Translations under genes and position numbers: made by a program
Assembly (NCBI RefSeq): GCF_028641065.1
Contig: NC_073408.1
Span: 9,362,001 to 9,426,000, forward strand
Direction: 5' to 3'
Origin: Leucoraja erinacea
Taxonomy: Eukaryota
DNA: 64,000 bases
Shown: in pieces, positions 53,345-64,000 of the stretch
Layout of the letters: every line of letters starts with the position of its first letter
Numbering within the stretch: position 1 is the stretch's first letter
The notes under the pieces: model-generated
Database searches by the model: none
What the model saw: only the letters and a program-made list of their open reading frames with translations
Told to the model about the DNA's origin: nothing

Positions 53345-53850
53345 AGAAACATAGAAAATAGGTGCAGGAGGAGGCCATTCGGCCCTTCGAGCCAGCACCG
53401 CCATTCATTGTGATCATGGCTGATCGTCCCCTATCAATAACCCGTGCCTGCCTTCTCCCCATATCCCTTGACTCCACTAGCCCCTAGAGCTCTATCTAAC
53501 TCTCTGAAATCCATCCAGTGATTTGGCCTCCACTGCCCTCTGTGGCAGGGAATTCCATAAATTCACAACTCTCTTGGTGAAAATGTTTTTTCTCACCTCA
53601 GTCTTAAATTACCTCCCCTTTATTCTAAGACTATGGCCCCTGGTTCTGGACTCGCCCAACAATGGGAAACATTTTCCTGCATCTAGCTTGTCCAGTCCTT
53701 TTATAATTTTATATGTTTCTATAAGATACCCCTTCATCCTTCTAAACTCCAGTGAATACAAGCCTAGTCTTTTCAATCTTTCGTCATATGACAGTCCCGC
53801 CATCCCAGGGATCAATCGCATGAACCTACGCTGCACTGCCTCAATCACAG
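53345..53850 (-). mobile_element. CR1 LINE 3' fragment
   Basis: IEAVQRRFMRLIPGM...ESRTRGHSLRI. Confidence 0.9.
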
Positions 53851-55949
53851 GGAAATGGAATTAAAGTAGATTCGTATTGTCTAGCATGAATATAGTTGAT
53901 GGAAGGGCCTGCTTCCACGCTGGATGACTCTTTAACATTAATCCCATCTGAAAAATAATTTATTGACTAGTTAAGGACATTGTGGGGATTATGAAAGTTA
54001 CCATGTCAATTGGAGTCTTTTTCTAATCTTTCACTGAAAAATGGACCTTTGGATTGGTGTTACCCTATCCCCAAGCCAAGGTAATGAGCCATGTCTTCAC
54101 ATCCGTATCCAGTCCATTTATCCGAGCGGTTGGAATGGAAGAAGGGATGAGTCCTCACTGCCACCTCTTTCTCTGCAGCACATGGACAGACATACTGACG
54201 TCAGTACCTTCCCAGCACCAAAGTGTGATTCACTGCAATAACATAAATTAATGACATTAAATCATCTGCAGCGTTCTCAAATGCCTTTGGCTATTCAGGT
54301 TTCAATTTAAATAATGTATATCTGGTGAAGCCTTTTTCTTGGAACCTTACGAATGTGTTTATTATTAGCCATTATTGCACATGCTTTATTTGTATATTAG
54401 CCCAAAGTTTAGTTTTATCCACAGTTGCCTCCATTGTTGAGAATGTCACATCTGCGAACAGCATCTGATGATAGACGCAAAATGCTGGAGTGACTCAGTG
54501 GGTCAGGCAGCATCTCTGGAGAAAAGGGAATAGGTGACACTTTGACACGTCTCAATTCGAAACGTCACCTATTGCTTCTCTCCAGAGATGCTGCCTGTCC
54601 CGTTGAGTTACTCCAGTGTTTTGTATCTATCTTCGGTATAAACCAGCATCTGCAATTCCTTCCTACACACAAGCATCTGATCACTGGCTTCATTCCCTTG
54701 TCCTGCAGACTGCAAATCTATTTCTAACGTGGACCATGAAATTAAATTAATTTTTATCAATGTTATGCGTGCTGTATCAATGACGTCAAGAATCGCTTCA
54801 GTGCAGCCAACTTAACGTTAATTTGCTTCAGTTTCTTAGAATTCCTCTCCTGATGGTGGAGATTCTTTCTGGGCATTGTTCCATAGTTATAAAGATGCCT
54901 TCAACGTCTTGTTTAAGTAATCACTTCATTACGTTTATCTATGCTCTCTTTGTAATTGCAATCTCTGATTAGACTTCTACGCACTCCAATTCTCCTGCTG
55001 TATCATTCACCTTGACCACATCGTAAGATCAGAAGAAGGATACTTGCTGGCAGTTGCACGGCATGCACTCCATTTGCAATACTTCATCTGTGCCTGCAAT
55101 CCGTGACCTTCATAACGTACAGACCCAGTGCAACAAGTAGCCACTCACACTTGTCCTGCACAAAGACCACCCTTCTACAAGATGAATTAATTATCTTAAC
55201 ACGCTTGATATTTGATGGCATTGCCATCTTTGAATCCCCCATCACCAATATCCTAGGAGCCATTCATGACATTTAAGTCAGCCTGCTACTAAGGTTCTGT
55301 GGGTATAAGAGGAGGTCTTAACGTGCTGTAGCAAGTGATTCTGGGTAAGTCACAAAGTGGATATACCTATGGAGACTGACCCAAAGCGAATATTTCAGGT
55401 TGATGACCTGAAACATTAACATTCTTCCTCCTTCCACAGTTACTGTTTGATCTGCCGAGTACTTCTGAGTTTGTCTGTTTATATTTTAGATTGTCAGCAT
55501 CTTTAATGTTTTTTGCTTTTTGTTCACAAGTAATGGAACATCCCGCACTTGCCAAGGTAAATGTTGCTCTAACATTATTAAAGAAGCTCAGACCCACCCT
55601 GGACAAAGCCAGTGGTTTGATCCACCATCCTCCACCACTGGTCCGCCATAGATACACGATGTATGATCTACACAATGTGCTGCTGCAATCTTCCTAGACA
55701 TCACCAACAGCTCCCAAACCTCCAGAATCTACCATCTCAAGGTTAAATGTCAATGAGAACACCGCTGCCATTCCAAGCCATTTACCATCTGAACTCACAA
55801 AATTTGTGCCTTTTGCTCTTCACCATTGGATCAAAAGCAGGAAACCCCCAACCAACACTGGGAGTACCATTGCCATCACTTTTCCAAGGACAATTAGGAA
55901 TGGTCAATACACACACCATCACACCAAGGTCATCATCCTACATATCATC

Positions 55950-56835
55950 AGACAAAATCATGAGAGGAATAGATCGGGTAAAAACACACACAGAGTCCTT
56001 TACCCCGAGGATGGGAATCAAGAACCAAAGGACATAGGTTTAAGGTGAGGGGGGAGAGATTTAATAGGAACCTGAGGGGGCAACATTTTTACACTAAGGG
56101 TGGTGGGTATGTGGAACAAGCTGCCGGAAGAGGTAGTTGAGGCAGGTACTATTACAGTGTTTAAGAAACATAATGACAGGTGCATGGATAGGACAGGTTT
56201 AGAAGGATATAGGCCAAACACAGGCAGATGGGACTTGCATAGATGGGCATGTTGGGCGGCATGGACACGTTGAGCCAAAAGGCCTGTTTCCACAATCTAT
56301 GATTATATATGGATATGAAGCACTCCTTTCAAACCCTCTTATCTTTCATAAACTCCAGCTGGTCCAAAACAATGGTACCCACATGTTGAAAAAAGACACA
56401 AAATACTTGAGGAACTCAGCTAGTTAGGCAGCATCTCTGGAAGACATGGATAGGCGACATTTCGGGTTGGGACACTTCTGCACTTGGCCTTATTCACATG
56501 CTGCCTTGGATTATGTTCCACATGTACCTTAACAGGGAGGGAATAAAAATATCCACTGACTTGGCCTTCACAGCCCTCTGTGGCAATGAGCTCCACAGAT
56601 TAACTACCCTCTGACTAAAGAAGTTCTTCCACAACTCATTTCTGAAAGAGCACCCTTTGATTCTGAAGCTCTGACCTCTGGTCCTAGACTCTCCCACCAG
56701 TGGAAACATCATTTCCACACCCACTCTATCTATGCCTTTCATTATTCTGTAAGTTTCAATGAGGTCCCCCCTCAACCTTCTGAACTCCTGCAAGTTATAG
56801 GCCCAGTGCTATCAAACGCTCATTATATGCTAACC
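55950..56835. mobile_element. CR1 3' fragments (plus strand about 55950-56300; minus strand about 56545-56835)
   Basis: KIMRGIDRV; FRRLRGDLIETYRIMKG...SQRVVNLWSSLPQ. Confidence 0.82.
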
Positions 56836-59800
56836 CAGATCTTCCCTTTTCCCACTCATCCCATTTATCAACATGACCCATCATTCCCATTCTTGTCAAC
56901 CTTCATATTTTGCCTGGACCCCTAATTCTGCAAACCTGTAGACTCTACCTCATCGACAAATTCACCATAGCCTCTCCTTTACATCTGCATCTGGGACATT
57001 TTTGCAAGTGTCTCCTTCTCCATCAGTGGCAGTGTGTTTTGTCACCTTGACCTTGCTGCTTGGAAGAGTCTTCTTTATTTTTATAATGACGCTATCTCAA
57101 GGGCCCCAGTGAACTATTTCACAGAAGCTGAATGTCAAAAGCTTAAAGGCATTCCCACTGTGGCCAGTAAAGAACAGATGCTAACAAACACTCTGACAAG
57201 GAGTGATGGCAATTAAGAATTTGCTTAATGTGAAATATTGTCAATGGATTAGTGAATTATATTCCGCTCTCCTGAGCCTAGGAATTTCAAGCATCTCATT
57301 TTTCCCTATATTACATGATTAACACGGAAATGAACAGAGGAAGCAGCATTCCGCACACACTGGTGTACAATTTGCAAGATGGATAGCATAGGTTTGAATG
57401 CTGAAAAATCTTGATCACGTACGTGTATGAAATAGATATTTTTCTCTACTGCTCTTGCCTTCAATATTCATGTTACTGAGTAGCACCAAGTTACATTTCT
57501 CCATCAGTCATTCATCACTTCACTCAGGAGGCTTTTCTTTCAATATATCTACTAGCCTTGTTGAAATTCCATTGTACTAATAATTAAATGATAATGACCA
57601 GCAAGCCGATGCTATTTCAAGCCAACATCTGTAAACTATCTGGTGTAAACGTCTGAAGAGGGGTTTCATCCTTAAACGTCACCCATCTCCAGATATGCTT
57701 CCTGGCCCGCTGAGTTACTTCAGCACTTTGTATCTATCATCTGTAAACTATCAGGCAGATTCATACCTTCCAGTTGATGGATGTTCTGAATGGGAATCAG
57801 TGACAGGTACAAATTCGAAAAAAAAAGTTGCCTTTACCTATTCCAGGGGAAGTGAAATTAATTCCTATCTACCATGACACCTTGAGCAAGATTCATTAAA
57901 CTGGTGTAAAACACAAAGTGCACAAGTAACTCAGTGGGTCAGGCAACATCTCTGGATCCATGAAACCTATCTGATCCAAAACATTGCCTATTTTAGACAA
58001 CACGCCATTTGGCCCTTTAGTCATTCAATGGCGGATGATGCAAGAGTAGGTCAGTAGGCCATTCGGCCCTTTGAGCCTGCACCGCCATTCAATGTGATCA
58101 TGGATGATCATCCAACTCAGTATCCCGTACCTGCCTTCTCTCCATACCCCCTGATCCCCTTAGCCACAAGGGCCACATCTAACTCCCTCTTAAATATAGC
58201 CAATGAACTGGCCTCAACTACCCTCTGTGGCAGAGAGTTCCAGAGATTCACCACTCTCTGTGTGAAAAAAGTTCTTCTCATCTCAGTTTTAAAGGATTTC
58301 CCCCTCTTGAAAGCATACAATGGGAACCGTTACTTTTAAGAGCTCTCCATCCAGGGAACCTGCCTCCACCGCCCTCTGAGGCAGAGAATTCCACAGAATC
58401 ACCACTCTCTGTGACAAAAAGTGTTTCCTCGTCTCTGTTCTAAATGGCTTACTCCTTATTCTTAATGGCTTACTCCTTATTCTTCTGCTCGACAGAGATG
58501 CTGCCTGATCCACTAAGTTACTCCAGCACTTTGTGTTCTACGCAAGATTCCAGCATCTGCAGTTCCTTGGATAGATACAAATTGCTGAAGCAACTCAGCG
58601 GGTCAGGTAGCATCTCTGGGAAAAAAGGAATAGGTGACGTTTCAGATGGAGACATTTCTTCAGACAGAGTCAGCGGAGAGGGATACCGTATATGAAGACG
58701 TAAGTGCCTTATGTTTCTATTCACCTGGTTCTGACTGCAGAATATAGATTCAGATAAAATGGGAATGTAAATTACATTTGAACGATATGATCATTAAAAT
58801 ATTAAGTTACAAATCTCTGTGTAGAGAATATTGCACACAAAACAAAAGTGGTGCTGAAATGCAATAGCTTGATGGGCTCTGGTTTTAGACGGCCTCTCAG
58901 TAAAGCATGGTTCAGGTGCTCTGTGTGCTACAGTGAATGGAACTCCAAGTGGTGGTGAAATTACTATTAATTCCTCTCATTAATCAGTCAACAAATGAGC
59001 TGATTTTATTAATTTCTTTGTTACTTTAAAGAAGGCAACACAGCCCAAACAACAAATGAAATATTTCACGACCCATTTGGCCGTTGCTCTTCTATGAAGA
59101 AATGATGATTAAAGTATATCCAAAAGATTTATTTCCGGTGTACAAAATAATGATGAAGATATTGTTATGCCTAATCTACCATGAAACGTTAGTTATATTG
59201 AGTATAAATAATCAGGAAATGTGGGCTTCTCTGCTGTCCATATGACATATAAACCAAAATATTATCATTTATAAAGTATTATTATTTTGATATCTGGACA
59301 ATATTCTTTCAATCCATCATAAACATTGTGATTTTTGTCTTTATTGTATATGGAGTCTTGCTGTGTGCTAATTGGCAAACTTTGAAATCTCTGTAGTCTA
59401 AATTAGGAAACTCTATGTAAGATAACTTCTGTTAGATAAAAAGTTAAGGTCTCTTGTATTCACCTTTTTTAAAGTAGTGAGTAGTCAACTAGCTCTTCAG
59501 GGTGAGCTAGCTGACGGGATGGAGAATTGACTTCCTGGAAGAAAGTAGAGTGTAATCTACACACAGAGAGTGGTGAATCTCTGGAATTTTCTGCCACAGA
59601 AGATAGTTGAGGCCAGTTCATTGGCTATATTTAAGAGGGAGTTAGATGTGGCCCTTGTGGCTAAAGGGATCAGGGGGTATGGAGAGAAGGCAGGTATAGG
59701 ATACTGAGTTGGATGATCAGTCATGATCATATTGAATGGCGGTGCAGGCTCGAAGGGCCGAATGGCCTACTCTTGCACCTATTTTCTATGTTTCTATGTA

Positions 59801-60454
59801 ATGGTGGAAGGTTGTATTTCAGACTGGAGGTCTGTGACATGTGGTCTGTAGAAGGGTCTTGATTCTCCACCCAAAACATCACCTATCCATGCTCTCCAAG
59901 CATGCTGCTTTACCCGCGTAGATACTCCAGCATTCTGTGTCTTTCCTTAGTGAACCAGCATCTGTAGTTCCTTGTTTCTACTAAGTGACACTATGTCCCT
60001 GGTGTGGGGCTAGAGGGCATGATGTTAAAATGGTGCGGAAGCCATGCAGAGTTGAAGTCAAGTTAAGGAGAGTGGAGACTGAAACTATCTCCCAATTATT
60101 TGCTGAGGTTCAGTCAATGGAAAATTTCAAATGGGAACTGATTGGGTTTTATTTTGGGTGAAGTTACGAAAATAAGATGGTGGATGATGTTAGAAGGCAG
60201 GGCAGGTTTGGCTTGGTAAATGTTAGCATACATGGGTATGCTTTAGTGAGGGAATAGCTTTCTCATGTTGAGCATGACCAGATCTCAGAATGTAAAGCTA
60301 GACTGGCAAGTTTACTCAGCGGCCCCAAGATGCCTAGTGAGGGAAATTAAGCCAACGAAGGATTTTTTTTCTAGGATTGGATTGAAATGAAATACAGAAC
60401 GAGAATGCCCAGAAATATAAATATTCTGCCTTTTGTGATTCCACACATGCATGC

Positions 60455-61110
60455 AGTCATAGTCATAGAGTCATAGAGTGATACAGTGTGGAAACAGACC
60501 CTTCAGCCCAACTTGCCCACACTGACCAACATGTCCCACCTACACTAGTCCCACCTGCCTGCTCTTGTTCCAGATCCCTCAAAATCTTGTCCTATCCATG
60601 TACCTGTCTAACTGTCTGGCAACTTGTTCCATACACCCACCACCCTTTGTGTGAAAAAGTTACCCCTCAAATTCCTACTAAATCTTTTCCCCTTCACCTT
60701 GAACTTATGTCCTAGATTCCCCATCTCTGGGCAAGAGACTCTGTGCATCTACCCGATCTATTCCTCTCATGACTTTATACACCTATAAGATCACTCCTCA
60801 TCTTCCTGCACTCCATGGAGTAGAGACCCAGCCTACTCAACCTCTCCCTATAGCTCACACTCTCTAGTCCTGGCAACATCCTCGTAAATTGTCTCTGAAC
60901 CCTTTCAAGCTTGACAATATCTTTCCTATAATATGGTGCCCAGAACTGAACACAATATTCTAAATGCGGTCTCACCAGCGTATTATACAACTGCAACATG
61001 ATCTGCCAACTTCTGTACTCTATACATTGACTGATGAAGGCCAATGTGCCAAAAGCCTTTTTGACCACCTTAGCTGCCTGCGACTCGTATTTTAATGGTA
61101 TGAAGGAAGT
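60455..61110 (-). mobile_element. CR1 LINE 3' fragment (related copies at 39060-39380 + and 62160-62575 -)
   Basis: LYNTLVRPHLEYCVQFWAPYYRKD and a (CTATGACT)n tail. Confidence 0.9.
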
Positions 61111-62849
61111 ATGTGTGCATTTGTCTGTAAACTCTGCTTGCCAAACATCAACCCTAACCCACACCCTCTCCCCAATCATCAATACATGCCCTTGGATGGA
61201 GTTTGAATTGAGGACGCTTTGCTCCTCATCAAATCCACCTGACCTGACAGAGTTTGGTACTGATCCTGGATTAACCTGAATTAAGCTTCATCCCCCAACA
61301 AAGATACAATCTCCATTAATGTCACTTTAACGAATAAAACTGGCCAAGGGTGATTCTTACAAAACTAAGAAACGGATGTTTCCGTGAGGAAGTGCACAGA
61401 GAGAGAGATAAGCAGATCCATCCCTTCTCAGATGGTTTTTATTGAATGGCATAAAATAGTCTGAAACAAGCTGTTGGTTTCCAATGATCTAAATTGATTA
61501 CCAGAGGAGAAACAACAAACACTTTCATTGTAAGTTGTGGAGTAATGATAAAGAGCAAATTATCTTGAAGAAGTATCGTGCTGCATTTTAAATGGCTAGG
61601 TATAGGGACTTACTCAATCTCCATGTTATTGAAAATGACCATTTATCAACTAAGTGTCACATGCAGGTAGAAAGGGGGAAACACATCACACAAGTAAGTG
61701 TGGACCTCATGAAGACCAGGAACTGAAGAAACATTGACGATCTTGAGATTATAAATAAATACTGTATAGTCACTTCATTTAATTATGCAATAATTGACCA
61801 TTTGCATCGAGTTAATCAAGACGTTTTAAATTCATCCAAATAATTCATCTTAAATTTGGCCAATGCACACTGCCGTTGGTGAAATATAACCATGTTTTAA
61901 ATTCATGAGATAATGCAATATTTATAACTAATCTATATTTAAACTCAGTCAGTTCCTTTTTGACAGCCCATTTTTCGCTGTTAATCAGTGCAAGGGTTTG
62001 ATAGAAGGGGAGAAGTTTAGCTTTGTTATTGTCACATACTAAGATGCAGTTACAATCTTGGTTTTGCACGCTTTCCAATCAGATAATGCTATACACAAAT
62101 ACATTCTTGTCAAGCATAAGTATATTAGGTAGAACAAAGTGGAAGACACAGTGGACGGAGTCAAAGAGTCACGCAGCGTACAAAAGGGCCCAACTTGCCC
62201 AGCTGACCAACATGCCCCATCTACACTAGTCCCACCTGCCTGCATTTGCCCCATATCCTTCTTAACCTATCCTATCCATGTAGCTGTCCAAATGTGTTTT
62301 TAACATTGTGACACAACCATTCTCCACTATCTCGTTCCATTTACCTACCTTCCTTTGTGTCAAAAAAGTTGCCCTCGGGTTCCTGTTAAATCTTTCCCCC
62401 CCCCCACCTCACCTTAAACTGTGACCTCTGGTTCTTGATTCCCCTGCTCAATGTAAAAGATGGTGCATTTACCCAGTCTATTCCTCTCATGATCTCATGC
62501 AAGTCCATCACATCACCTTTCATCCTCCTGCGCTCCAAGGAATAAAGTCCTAGCCTGCTCAACCTCTCCCTATATCTAGTGTAGGAAGGAACTGCAGATG
62601 ATGGTTTAAACCAAAGACTCAAAAAGCTGGAGTAACTCAGTGGGTCAGACAACATTTCTGGGGAAAAGGGATAGGTGACATTTCGGAGAGACCCTTCTTC
62701 AGACTGAGAGTCAGGGGAAAGGGAAAGAATCACAGTCTGAAGAAGGGTCTCGACCCAAAACGTCACCTATCCCTTTGCTCCAGAGATGCTGGCTGATCCG
62801 CTGAGTTCCTCCAACTTTTTTAGTCTATCTCTCCCTATATCAGTGTGAA

Positions 62850-63310
62850 AAATATACTTGTAGATGCGCTGGGACGCATCCTCAGTGATGTGACCTGGGG
62901 TCATCGGGTGTTTCGGCATCAGACACCCTCACCCAGGCGACCCAGCCGAGGTTGATCAGGCCCCGACTTGCGTCCTAGCAGCAACCGCCCACGGATCAGC
63001 CATCTTAGTAACCACTCTGCAGGGGTTGGGAGATTCTAGTGCGTGGAGGGACTGGGCTCTGTGGGGTGAGTCCTGGCCGGGCTCCTACTGCGTCTCACCA
63101 GGTTCAAGGCCTGTGCGCTGCACCTCCTTCTCCTTCTCCAAGCATTTCATTCTCGCCTGATGGATATTTAGGCCACGGTGGTTCATTAGGTCTTTCCGTA
63201 GCTTTATTTCTCACGAAAGACACAGACTGGGGAGCTAACCCAGCCTGTCCCGGGTGCCGTCTTTCCATGCCGTCAACTGTCTCTCCAGTAGTCAACATCA
63301 TTGGAGAAAT
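62850..63310 (-). mobile_element. Internally deleted Hero-like element (5' end fused to 3' end)
   Basis: N-terminal HRGLNIHQARMKC..EPGETQ*EPGQDSPHRAQSL is joined at about 63003 to terminal ADPWAVAARTQVGA* and a 3' UTR (gaaacacccgatgacccc) resembling the element at 33300. Confidence 0.7.
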
Positions 63311-64000
63311 AGTGATAGATTCACAGATAGATAATATCTTTTAAAGAATGGTGCGATTGTAACAGGTGATGGGCAATCCTTCTCTGGAAAGCGCAGTCGC
63401 CGTTGCCATCTTGCAATGAAGTGGTTTGAGGAGCGAAAGGAACGTGCGGAAAGAACAAGTAAAAAAAGTAATGCCGTCGGATGTTGAGTTGTGTTTATAC
63501 CTCCTTTACTTAGTTACTAACATGATGATTTCAGTGAAGTTAGCATTGTGCAATCTCTACCAGCATCTGAGTGTTATTTCAGCTTCAAGCTAATGGATTG
63601 CTTTTGTTGGGATGTACCATCGTGCATTCGATAATGTACACAGCTCCATCTGCTCTGAATGATTCAAGATTCAAAGTAAACAGAAGCCATGGGCACATTC
63701 TGAGCACTGTAGCTTCAAGCAGTCATCAAGAAAGTGGATCCGTTGGTCAATTAGCTTTTGGTGGTTCTATGTAGGCATATCCATGTACACATCATAGTAA
63801 ATGCACTCAATTATTTTTTTTTTAGTCCAGTTTATTGTCATGTGCACCAAGTTACAGTGAAAGGTTTTTTTTGTTGCATGCCATCCAGTCAGCGGAAAGA
63901 CTATACATCATTACAATCAAGCCGCCCACAATGTATGGACACAGGATAAAGGGAATGACGTTTAGTGCAAGATAAATTCCAGAAAGGTCAGATTAAAGAT

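Noticed and set aside
54040-54250. Short ORFs in unique sequence (also 57034-57216 and 63571-63774)
   Set aside because: No recognisable product and no consistent exon chain; lengths are expected by chance.
1-64000. CRISPR arrays, rRNA or prokaryotic operons
   Set aside because: The sequence is eukaryotic; the recurring repeats are dispersed TE fragments without regular repeat-spacer periodicity.

Overview
Repeat-rich vertebrate genomic DNA, most likely a cartilaginous fish (skate/ray-like, inferred from the HE1/V-SINE-type SINEs, young CR1 LINEs and Penelope-like repeats), with two assembly gaps. The core is a minus-strand tandem cluster of Gig2-family genes, which are interferon-inducible stand-alone PARP/ADP-ribosyltransferase-fold proteins. 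Two copies are intact (15382-15876, 20489-20989), each with a short upstream non-coding exon carrying a consensus ISRE. A third copy (31472-31831) has lost its putative catalytic Glu through short deletions. A fourth is a SINE-split pseudogene of a different Gig2 subtype (about 37540-38577) that the ORF track misses. The rest is mostly transposons: CR1, L2, Rex/Babar, Hero (including an internally deleted form), two SINE families, a Harbinger-like MITE and many Penelope-like repeats with minimal hammerhead-ribozyme cores. A possible decayed glycoprotein-like reading frame lies at 0.8-1.6 kb and an unexplained CpG-rich zone at 47.3-48.4 kb. TE boundaries are approximate and family names come from motif recognition, not database searches.
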